This document shows, piece by piece, positions 21,211-29,764 of a stretch of 64,000 nt of DNA (its first letter is position 1; the number at the start of each line of letters is the position of its first letter). The notes below the pieces were generated by a model. The model had not been told where the DNA came from, searched no databases, and saw only the letters and a list, made by a program, of their open reading frames with translations. Origin of the DNA: Bacteroidota bacterium (lineage in GTDB: Bacteria > Bacteroidota > Rhodothermia > Balneolales > HLUCCA01); NCBI GenBank assembly GCA_020832235.1, contig JAFIEZ010000003.1:256450-320449 (forward strand), in the 5' to 3' direction. A program made the translations under genes and the position numbers.

Positions 21211-23463
21211 ATGAACGCTTCTGCACCCAAAGAGCCTAATGTTAATCTAGACTTGGCCAAAGAACACGGATTAACCGAACAGGAATATCAAAAAATCTGT
21301 GATTATCTCGGTAGAATTCCCACCTTTACAGAACTCGGAGTGTACTCCGTTATGTGGAGTGAGCATTGCTCCTACAAAAACTCCATTGCCGTTCTGAAAA
21401 CCCTGCCACGTTCAGGTCCGCAATTGCTGGTAGATGCCGGAGAAGAAAATGCCGGACTGGTTGATATAGGTGATGGACTCGCCTGTGCGTTTAAAATTGA
21501 GAGCCACAATCACCCATCGGCTGTTGAACCTTATCAGGGTGCAGCAACGGGTGTTGGGGGTATCCACCGCGATATTTTTACAATGGGTGCCCGTCCAATA
21601 GCCTCATTGAACTCACTGCGCTTTGGGTCGCTGGAGAATCCGCGGGTTCGTTACCTTTTAGATGGTGTTGTGCGTGGTATCGCCGATTATGGCAATGCCT
21701 TTGGTGTGCCTACGGTGGCCGGGGAGGTTTGCTTCGATGAAAGTTATGAGGGTAATCCGCTGGTAAATGCTATGAGCGTGGGAATTGTGAAGGTTGGAGA
21801 AACCGCCTCTGCCATCGCTAAAGGACTCGGAAATCCAGTTATTATAGTGGGTTCCAGCACGGGAAGAGATGGTATTCACGGGGCAACTTTCGCCAGTGAG
21901 GAAATATCAGAAGAAAGCGAGTCCAAACGCCCGAGTGTTCAGGTAGGTGATCCGTTTATGGAAAAGCTACTGCTTGAGGCTTCTTTAGAAGCACTTAAAA
22001 CCGGCGCCGTAGTGGGCATGCAAGACATGGGTGCAGCGGGTATCGCTTGTTCAACCTCTGAAATGAGTGCAAAAGGTGAGGCTGGAATGCACATCGATCT
22101 CGATAAAGTCCCGGCCCGTGAAGAGGGTATGACGGCCTATGAGCTTCTCCTTTCTGAAAGTCAGGAGCGGATGTTGGTTGTAGCCCAGAAGGGGCGTGAA
22201 CAGGAAATTATTGATGTGTATAAAAAGTGGGACCTCCACGCTGTAGTTATTGGCCACGTAACCGATACAGGCCGGGTTCAGTATCACAAAGAAGGCGAAC
22301 TGAAAGCCGACATCCCAGCCGATTCGCTCGTACTTGGTGGAGGCGCTCCTGTTTACATTCGTGAAACCAAACGTCCGGCTTATCTAAATGAGACCATGGC
22401 GTTTGATGCATCCCGTATTTCAGAGAAACGATCATTCACAGATCTTATCTATACCTTGCTTAAGTCACCAAATATCGCATCTAAGCGCTGGGTTTACGAG
22501 CAGTACGACACCATGGTGCGAACCAACACCGTAATAGGACCGGGGCCGTCGGATGCAGCTGTAATCCGACTGAAAGATTCGCGCAAAGGTTTGGCCGTAA
22601 AAACCGATTGTAACGGCCGTTATGTGTACTTGAATCCGCGCAAAGGTGGACAAATTGCAGTTGTAGAAGCTGCCAGAAATGTGGTTTGTGCCGGCGGGAA
22701 ACCAGTGGCAATCACAAACTGTCTTAATTTTGGCAACCCCTATAAACCAGAGTTATACTGGGTATTTAAAGAGGCCGTAGGTGGCATGGGCGATGCCTGT
22801 AATGCTCTTGGTACACCGGTTACCGGCGGCAATGTCAGTTTTTATAACGAAAACCCCAAAGGTGCCGTATTCCCGACCCCTACTATTGGTATGCTCGGTA
22901 TCGTTGAGGATGTTGAAAAGCACGCAACTACTGCGTCATTTAAGCATGTGGGCGACACATTGCTTTACGTAGGTGCACCACGCCGCGGTCTGGGTGCCAG
23001 TGAATACCTTAGCTGGTGTCATAAAATCACAGCTGGAGACGCACCTGAACTCGATTTAACATTCGAGAAGAGCTTACAGAAGGCTACTTTGGAAGTCATA
23101 CAAAAAGAGCTGATTGGAGCCGCGCACGATCTCTCTGATGGCGGACTGGCTATTGCTATTACAGAAATGGCTATTTTCGGTGATAAAGGGGTTCATCTGG
23201 ATCTCTCACCGCTAGGTGGTTCAACATTGGAAACCTATTTCAGCGAAGCACAAAGTGGAATTTTGGTGACTTGCCGACCAGCGGATGTTCCATCTATCAA
23301 GGAAGTCTATCATCGCGCGGGCATCCCCGTACATGAAATCGGACGGGTAGATGATGGAATGGAGCTTCATTTTGATGAAGAAACCATTATTTCATTGACC
23401 GAGGCGAAACGGCTCTACGAAGGTACGCTTCCTGAAGCCGTTGGAGGTAAAACGCTAGTGTAG
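21211..23463 (+). CDS. purL: phosphoribosylformylglycinamidine synthase subunit PurL
   Basis: [44 protein letters not shown] and CLNFGNP. 750 aa. Confidence 0.95.
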   Translation: MNASAPKEPNVNLDLAKEHGLTEQEYQKICDYLGRIPTFTELGVYSVMWSEHCSYKNSIAVLKTLPRSGPQLLVDAGEENAGLVDIGDGLACAFKIESHNHPSAVEPYQGAATGVGGIHRDIFTMGARPIASLNSLRFGSLENPRVRYLLDGVVRGIADYGNAFGVPTVAGEVCFDESYEGNPLVNAMSVGIVKVGETASAIAKGLGNPVIIVGSSTGRDGIHGATFASEEISEESESKRPSVQVGDPFMEKLLLEASLEALKTGAVVGMQDMGAAGIACSTSEMSAKGEAGMHIDLDKVPAREEGMTAYELLLSESQERMLVVAQKGREQEIIDVYKKWDLHAVVIGHVTDTGRVQYHKEGELKADIPADSLVLGGGAPVYIRETKRPAYLNETMAFDASRISEKRSFTDLIYTLLKSPNIASKRWVYEQYDTMVRTNTVIGPGPSDAAVIRLKDSRKGLAVKTDCNGRYVYLNPRKGGQIAVVEAARNVVCAGGKPVAITNCLNFGNPYKPELYWVFKEAVGGMGDACNALGTPVTGGNVSFYNENPKGAVFPTPTIGMLGIVEDVEKHATTASFKHVGDTLLYVGAPRRGLGASEYLSWCHKITAGDAPELDLTFEKSLQKATLEVIQKELIGAAHDLSDGGLAIAITEMAIFGDKGVHLDLSPLGGSTLETYFSEAQSGILVTCRPADVPSIKEVYHRAGIPVHEIGRVDDGMELHFDEETIISLTEAKRLYEGTLPEAVGGKTLV

Positions 23464-23473
23464 CTCCGTTGAT

Positions 23474-25000
23474 TTACCCGGATTTACCAAAAGCAGGAAT
23501 GGTAATTTCAAGTTGTTTATCGAGGATGGGGGCAGGCCTTGATGCTTGCACCCATTGCAGCATCTCGTCTGCATCCTCCTGATCCAGATTTGGAATAATA
23601 AACTCAGCACCCGTATTGGATGAGGCAATATTCATACGTAAGTCTGCCAGGGTATTGAACAGCTGAAATGGATTTTGCACGGTTTTCGCGCTCTGAATAC
23701 GATATGCGGGTATTATTACCGTAGTTCGTGCCAGGTTTCTATATCGACCAGTAAAGAAGTTAGTCGAACTTATTCCCCCGCCCGTTTCCTGATACCGCAA
23801 AATTCCTAGAACAACTCCGAAGGGTATAATTATCGGTGCCAGATACCAAAGTCCAGAAAAGTAACCCAGAGCTAAACCGATGATAACGGGTAAACGAATG
23901 GCTTTGAGCACGAAGCGGAACAGTGAACGTTTTGGTGGACGTACTGCAGTGCCAACTACGTTAAACTCATCTGCAAATGTTTTCAAAAAGTCAGATACCT
24001 GCGTCGATGGGATAAGCGGAACCAGCTCGGTGGTAGTGCCACTTTTTTCCCCGAATCCTGCACTGTCAACCATGATAGTGGCGTAACCGAAGGGCTGACG
24101 AAGAACGCCCTCCACAACGCGAATGGCCTGGATTCGCCGAAATGGGATGGTTACCTGCTTACGCTCCAGAAGCCCCTTTGAAATAACGAGCTCCCGGTCG
24201 AGTTTCCGAATGCGAAAATTGGCAAAACGCAGAATAAAACTCGACACCGACATGAGCCAGGCTACAAGTACGAGTAAGATGGTGAAAATGACTACAGAAT
24301 TTGTATCGCCCAGTGGTAGATTAGAAAACCATCCCAGAATTCGGTCTTCATCAATGGAGGAGCTGATTTGAGAGTAAATTGTAGCTAGTACAGAAAGAAA
24401 TACACCAAAACCTCCGCTTGTTGCCGCACCAATCAGTAAATGATCTCCACTGAGTTTGTATTCGGCCTGGGGTTTCAGGAAGGGATTTGAAATTGGATCT
24501 TCCGTACCGCTGTTCTGATTTTCCTCTTCCGTAGGTACTTGTTGGTCTTCTTTGCGGAGTTTGGCTCGAATTGCCAGCGCTTCTTCCATACGAATCGCAG
24601 AAATGGTTACCCCGGGAGTATCACCTCCCGCCGTCTGTACGTTAAGACTAACCAGACCAAACATGCGCTGAATAATTCCCGATGATATATCGATAACCTG
24701 AATCCTATGACGGGGGATGAATTGCTGCTTTCGTACAATGAGACCTTGTTTTACTCGAAATTCATCTCCCTCAAGCCAGTAATAAAATCGAAACCATTGT
24801 ATGAATCCACCGCCGAGTGTTACAAAAAATACCATCAGAATGGGTAAAATACGCAAGAGATATTCCCATTGACTCTCTGTTTGAACGTTTCCTGTACCTA
24901 CGACAATACCGATTACAATAGGTAGAAAAAAGTTGCGAACTACCGCTAGTGTATTCGTAATAATGGCAACAGGATGCTGACGTTTTGGTACATCAAACAT
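23474..25000 (-). CDS. YdbT-like membrane protein with three bacterial PH (bPH_2) repeats
   Basis: 508 aa. TM pairs alternate with repeated segments (FIPRHRIQVIDISSGIIQRMFGLVSLNVQTAG; IPFRRIQAIRVVEGVLRQPFGYATIMVDSAG; IPAYRIQSAKTVQNPFQLFNTLADLRMNIAS). Confidence 0.8.
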   Translation of the reverse strand: MFDVPKRQHPVAIITNTLAVVRNFFLPIVIGIVVGTGNVQTESQWEYLLRILPILMVFFVTLGGGFIQWFRFYYWLEGDEFRVKQGLIVRKQQFIPRHRIQVIDISSGIIQRMFGLVSLNVQTAGGDTPGVTISAIRMEEALAIRAKLRKEDQQVPTEEENQNSGTEDPISNPFLKPQAEYKLSGDHLLIGAATSGGFGVFLSVLATIYSQISSSIDEDRILGWFSNLPLGDTNSVVIFTILLVLVAWLMSVSSFILRFANFRIRKLDRELVISKGLLERKQVTIPFRRIQAIRVVEGVLRQPFGYATIMVDSAGFGEKSGTTTELVPLIPSTQVSDFLKTFADEFNVVGTAVRPPKRSLFRFVLKAIRLPVIIGLALGYFSGLWYLAPIIIPFGVVLGILRYQETGGGISSTNFFTGRYRNLARTTVIIPAYRIQSAKTVQNPFQLFNTLADLRMNIASSNTGAEFIIPNLDQEDADEMLQWVQASRPAPILDKQLEITIPAFGKSG

Positions 25001-25472
25001 CCTGATCAGCCTCCCTTGCTAATACAGATATGGTGTTTCGCACCGCGTCGGCTGTTTCATCATCGAGTGCGGGGATTTCATGGGTGGTAGCTGCCGTGGT
25101 AATGGTAACGCTCGACAATCCGAAATGGCGGAAAATCGGACCCTGAGCCGTATCCACATTCTGAATACGCGAAGCTGGAATCAGAACCTTTCTGATGACG
25201 ATGATGCCGTACTTCAAGTAAATTTCATGTCCGTTAATTTCATATCGCCATCTTTTCCATCGAATAACAGGAACGATGGTCATCATAAAAATGGTATTTA
25301 CGACGCACAAGCCGGCGAGCACAAAAGTCGGCCACAACGGAATAGCACCAGTGTACCAAAAAGTAAACGTTAGAATAGGCAAGAAATACCAGGTGAGGGA
25401 AGAGGCTCCGTCACTTAATCTCCATGCCGGTATTGCATTTGGGTGTATTTTGTGATGCGGATCCGGTCGCAT
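24993..25472 (-). CDS. YdbS-like membrane protein with one bPH_2 domain
   Basis: 159 aa, two TM helices, then VLIPASRIQNVDTAQGPIFRHFGLSSVTITTA. It overlaps the downstream ydbT-like gene by 8 nt. Confidence 0.8.
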   Translation of the reverse strand: MRPDPHHKIHPNAIPAWRLSDGASSLTWYFLPILTFTFWYTGAIPLWPTFVLAGLCVVNTIFMMTIVPVIRWKRWRYEINGHEIYLKYGIIVIRKVLIPASRIQNVDTAQGPIFRHFGLSSVTITTAATTHEIPALDDETADAVRNTISVLAREADQDV

Positions 25473-25540
25473 TGGTAGTGTATTATGGTGTTTAAACTGC
25501 GAAAGATACCATCATTATTACAGAAAATATTACGATGGTA

Positions 25541-27337
25541 CTATTTCAGGAGCATCATTTTCTGACTTAGCCGAAGTCCCGATCCCGTTGTGAGCACATA
25601 TAGATACATCCCACTGGATAGCGAACCGGCATTGAAGTAGACCTGATGGTTACCTGCACTTCGTGCCTCATTGGAAATAAGGGTGGAAACCAGTCGTCCA
25701 GTAATATCATACACACTGAGTGTTACCGTATCGCTGCTGTTTAAGCTGTATCGGATGGTGGTTGTAGGGTTAAACGGATTGGGGAAGTTCTGATACAGCG
25801 ATACGTGTGAAGGTATTTCTGTATCAAATTCGGGTGCACTGGTTGTGGTTGGGAAATAAAAGCGCGTAATCACAGGGAAATGATCGGAAGTGGTTCCCAG
25901 ATAATTGCTTACGTAGGGAGAGGGATCGAATACATGCTGGGCGCGGTCGAGGTGATAATCAAATAGCTTCTCATTTATCATGATATGGTCTATCATACTT
26001 CGATCGCGGAACGAGGTAAATCCCGCAAGGCTAAGTGCCCGGGTAACAATAAGATATATTGGGTCATCATTGAAGATTTGGTAGGGCGAAACCCGGCCTT
26101 GAAATGTAGCCACAGTTACATCGTCGTTGTAATCACCCAAGATTATGAGCTTGTTATCTCGGTTGGTTGCGTCGGCATACTGTTTTAAAATATTCGCATC
26201 AAATACTCGTGTGTTGTAGTCTTCTATGTTTGAAAATGCTTTGGCATGCAGATTGGTAGCCTTAATGCGTCGGGTTTCATCCGAGCCGACTGGTGTGAAA
26301 TCGAAGGTGAACTCGAGTGGATTTCGGCCTCCCCAACCGCCGCCCGTGGCTACATTTGCAGACGCAATGGAATCGATGGTATTGGTATTGAAAAAGAATG
26401 CAATGCGTTGGTTTTGCGATGGAAAAGCTCTGGGTGAAATAAATCCACGATAACCGTCCAATTCATTAATCAGGCGCTGAAACATGGCATCGTCTGCAAT
26501 TTCCTGCATGGCGATAATGTCCATCTGGGTCTCTTCGATGATGCGTTTCACATTCTGAAATTGGAGTTCCAGATTGGATGGACCATTGGTTGGGTGACCA
26601 AACCATTCAATATTCCAGGTCATGACATCAAGGGTTCGTGATGCATCCGGAAAGGTGAACGGGTTTTCAACGATATCATCGACCGATCGCGGAGCGAGTC
26701 GATAGTTGCCTCTAAAGGTGGTTACAATACCTGTTATATCTACCTCAGTCTGGGGGGCTGGCGTACCGGATATGCCCGAATCATTCGTAACAAAAAGTCT
26801 TCCGGTATCCTCCAGAATACGTAGTGTGTACTCACTGCCTCCCTGAAGATTTCCTGAAACAAAGTTATTTGATCCGGATGAAAAGATGGGTGATTGTGAA
26901 AGTGTAACCAATCTGCTTTCGAACTCACCGCTGTTGATATCGGCTATGCCAACAGGTATAGATTCCTGAAGCCGTCGCCCATCGGTATATATGCTGAATG
27001 TAACTGTTCCTGCCAGGCGTTGAAACCCGTCTGTCTGCCCGGCCGGAAAGGGGGTCTGACCGAATATTCCAAGTGTACCAGTTACAACAACCGAGTCGCC
27101 CACCTCACTCGCATTGGCAAGATCGGCAGAAAAAATAGCGATGCCAGCCGATTCGTCTTGAATGTACACATGACCATTCAGTACGCCTTCAGTAGTAATC
27201 CAGCCCGTGGTGGTAACTACTGTACCCGCAGACTGGTTTTTTGCTTCAGATATCGTGACGGGCTCACTCTGCGCTAAAAGCAGCGTAGGGGCGAATATCA
27301 GAAAAATTAAATAGAAGAAGATTCGATTTGCATTCAT
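25541..27337 (-). CDS. secreted EEP-family nuclease/phosphatase with N-terminal OB-fold-like module and T9SS C-terminal sorting tail
   Basis: EEP motifs MTWNIEWFG, IIAMQEI, LGDYNDD and SDHFPVITRF. N-terminal module GHVYIQDESAGIAIF..VGDSVVVTGTLGIFGQ. Tail LYQNFPNPFNPTTTIRYSL...GMYLYVL...KMMLLK. The start is probably MNANRIFFYLIFLIF (27337) rather than 27382. Confidence 0.85.
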   Translation of the reverse strand: MNANRIFFYLIFLIFAPTLLLAQSEPVTISEAKNQSAGTVVTTTGWITTEGVLNGHVYIQDESAGIAIFSADLANASEVGDSVVVTGTLGIFGQTPFPAGQTDGFQRLAGTVTFSIYTDGRRLQESIPVGIADINSGEFESRLVTLSQSPIFSSGSNNFVSGNLQGGSEYTLRILEDTGRLFVTNDSGISGTPAPQTEVDITGIVTTFRGNYRLAPRSVDDIVENPFTFPDASRTLDVMTWNIEWFGHPTNGPSNLELQFQNVKRIIEETQMDIIAMQEIADDAMFQRLINELDGYRGFISPRAFPSQNQRIAFFFNTNTIDSIASANVATGGGWGGRNPLEFTFDFTPVGSDETRRIKATNLHAKAFSNIEDYNTRVFDANILKQYADATNRDNKLIILGDYNDDVTVATFQGRVSPYQIFNDDPIYLIVTRALSLAGFTSFRDRSMIDHIMINEKLFDYHLDRAQHVFDPSPYVSNYLGTTSDHFPVITRFYFPTTTSAPEFDTEIPSHVSLYQNFPNPFNPTTTIRYSLNSSDTVTLSVYDITGRLVSTLISNEARSAGNHQVYFNAGSLSSGMYLYVLTTGSGLRLSQKMMLLK

Positions 27338-27552
27338 TATAAATAGAGCGGATTGCATGGATTGGTAATAGCGATCAAACATAATAGAGCAACCAGTATA
27401 TAAAAGTACAAATCTGGTGGTCTACAGATAGTTTATTTTACAAGATAAAAAATCTTGCTGTAATCAGCCGTGATAAAGACTTTTACGTGTTAACTTACTG
27501 TTAACCTCTTCAACAATTGCACGCAAAGTTTTCTTTTCCATCAAAATTGGGT

Positions 27553-27560
27553 TAACTTTG
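27553..27560 (+). promoter_or_regulatory. candidate Bacteroidetes-type -7 box (TAACTTTG) for the 27626 cluster
   Basis: Exact TAnnTTTG match 66 nt upstream of the ATG. No convincing -33 TTTG at the expected spacing. Confidence 0.25.
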
Positions 27561-27625
27561 AGCATGTTTTGAGAGTGGCAATAGCAATCACGTATCACTC
27601 TATTAGTAGTTTCAAAAAATAATTA

Positions 27626-29740
27626 ATGAGATATTCTTTCTTTAAGAAGCTGTTTATACTTGCTTCTGTTGGACTATTATCCAGCTCAACCCTCACCGCA
27701 CAGCAGGTATTTGAGCGTACAGCTGTAGAGGTAAGTAACCTGGGCATATCATTCACAAACGTCGGAACCATCGGCAGGCCCAATGTAAGAACGGTACCTG
27801 TAGGCCCTCCAAGCATGGAATTCCCACGTGGCTCAGGTACAGAACATTTGTTTGAAGCCGGCATTTGGCTAGGTGCCCAGATTGGACTGGAGACAAGAGT
27901 TACAACCGCCACTATTACTACAAGTGGAGGGTACTCGCAAGGGGCTCCGGGCTTCGAAATTACCAATAATGGCGAATTTTTTGTCGAGCGGTCGTCACTT
28001 GAGAATAACCCAAATTTTTCTCCCGAAGCCATTTCTCATCAGGATTTAATCGCACAGTTCACGGATCGTAACGTTACTATTGGTAATCAGGTGATTTCGG
28101 GTCACGTACCACTTGGCGCAGATATCAGATTTGAATCGTATAACTGGAATTTTGGCTTTACAGAAGGCCTCACCGTAATTCGTTACGATATCACCAACAA
28201 CGGCAGCGATGTCTGGAGTAACTTTTATTTTGGGATGTACTCCGATTTGGTAACCCGAAATATAAACGCACCTAATGTTGAAACGGGATCGGCCTTCTTT
28301 AATAAGGGTGGAGTAGGCTGGCTTGATTCGCTTCACGCCCTCTATGTTTTTGATCGTGGCTCGTTTGATAATCCCAGAATTAATACGCATGCAGCAAGCG
28401 TTATCATAGGTACCGATTATCGAGGTGTAGATATCCACCCGCGGAACAGAGAAATTTTAGAACAGACCGGTCAGCCGGTAGCCTCTGTTCATCCCTCATT
28501 TTGGTTGTTTGGTGGCGGGGCTGGAGAGTTTGCTAGACCTGGGGGAGATGACCTTCGGTATGAAAGACTTCAAAGACCCTTTCCACTGGATTCGCCATTG
28601 CCCACAAACCCATCGCAGACCTATAGAGATGCGCTTAGAAACGATGGATTAAGCGCAAATGGAAATTATATACAGTTAAACTCCATCGGTCCATTTCCTG
28701 TAGTAGAACCCGGTGAAACGATCACGATTTACGTTTCATTTGTGGCCGCATTGATGCCAAGCGAATTTCAAGGATTGGTTCCCGGTAACGTTCCTAATGT
28801 AGATGACCTTGATAATGAAAACTCTCGGTCCAATTTGGTTGAAAGTATTGGCTGGGCTTACAGATTATTCGACGGGTCAGAAAATGAAGATGGATCCAGA
28901 ACGCGCTTCTTGGTACCGGAACCCCCCACTACACCCAACATGAGAGTTGAACTGGATGCAGGTATTGCCAGCATCTATTGGGACGATATAGCTGAATTCT
29001 CTGTGGATCCGGTTACAGGTGAAGAAGATTTTGCCGGCTATCGGTTGTACAGAACTCAGCTCGGTGATGACTTGCGCGGGACGATTACCACGAGTGCACA
29101 AATGCTACGTGAATGGGATGTAGAAGGTAAGAATGTGGGTTTTAACACCGGTTTTGATGAAATCAGATTGCCTGAACCTGTTACCTTCCCGGGAGACCCT
29201 ATTCAATATACCTACCGTTTTGATGTCCCCAATCTACTCAGCGGATGGCAGTACCTTTTTTCCGTAACAGCTTTCGACGAAGGCGATGAGCGCACTCCGC
29301 CTCTTGAAACCAGTATCATCGCCAATGCGGTACGGGTATTCCCCGGAACACCGGTGAATGAAAACTTCAGCAGTAACGATCCGGAGTTTCAGGTAGGTGT
29401 GTATCCTAATCCATACAGAGTAAATGCAGCATGGGATGGCAGCAGTCCATTTTCACGTAAGCTGGTTTTCTATAATCTCCCCTCCAGAGCCCAGGTTCGA
29501 ATCTACACACTTTCAGGTGAAATAGTGGCCACTCTCGATCATGAGTCGGCCACGTACACCGGTGATACGCGGTGGTTCCGTGATTTCGGCGGGTCAAACC
29601 GACTGATGTCGGGAGGAGAGCATGCCTGGGATCTCCTTTCGGCAGCTAACCAAAATCTTACTACAGGTTTATACCTGTATACTGTAAGAGACCTCGATTC
29701 AGGAAACATACAACGTGGCAGGTTTGCCATAATCAAGTAA
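27626..29740 (+). CDS. secreted protein of unknown function with atypical T9SS/FlgD-Ig-like C-terminal tail (cluster gene 1)
   Basis: Signal peptide MRYSFFKKLFILASVGLLSSSTLTAQQ. The body has no motif I recognise. The C-terminus reads VGVYPNPYRV...VRIYTLSGEIVATL...GLYLYTVRDLDSGNIQRGRFAIIK. Confidence 0.8.
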   Translation: MRYSFFKKLFILASVGLLSSSTLTAQQVFERTAVEVSNLGISFTNVGTIGRPNVRTVPVGPPSMEFPRGSGTEHLFEAGIWLGAQIGLETRVTTATITTSGGYSQGAPGFEITNNGEFFVERSSLENNPNFSPEAISHQDLIAQFTDRNVTIGNQVISGHVPLGADIRFESYNWNFGFTEGLTVIRYDITNNGSDVWSNFYFGMYSDLVTRNINAPNVETGSAFFNKGGVGWLDSLHALYVFDRGSFDNPRINTHAASVIIGTDYRGVDIHPRNREILEQTGQPVASVHPSFWLFGGGAGEFARPGGDDLRYERLQRPFPLDSPLPTNPSQTYRDALRNDGLSANGNYIQLNSIGPFPVVEPGETITIYVSFVAALMPSEFQGLVPGNVPNVDDLDNENSRSNLVESIGWAYRLFDGSENEDGSRTRFLVPEPPTTPNMRVELDAGIASIYWDDIAEFSVDPVTGEEDFAGYRLYRTQLGDDLRGTITTSAQMLREWDVEGKNVGFNTGFDEIRLPEPVTFPGDPIQYTYRFDVPNLLSGWQYLFSVTAFDEGDERTPPLETSIIANAVRVFPGTPVNENFSSNDPEFQVGVYPNPYRVNAAWDGSSPFSRKLVFYNLPSRAQVRIYTLSGEIVATLDHESATYTGDTRWFRDFGGSNRLMSGGEHAWDLLSAANQNLTTGLYLYTVRDLDSGNIQRGRFAIIK

Positions 29741-29764
29741 AAAAACACACACAAGCAATACGCT

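Noticed and set aside
25473-25540. 7-bp inverted repeat TACCATC...GATGGTA downstream of the T9SS nuclease gene as a terminator
   Set aside because: It has a 20-nt loop, a short stem and no proper T-run on the minus strand, so it is too weak to call.
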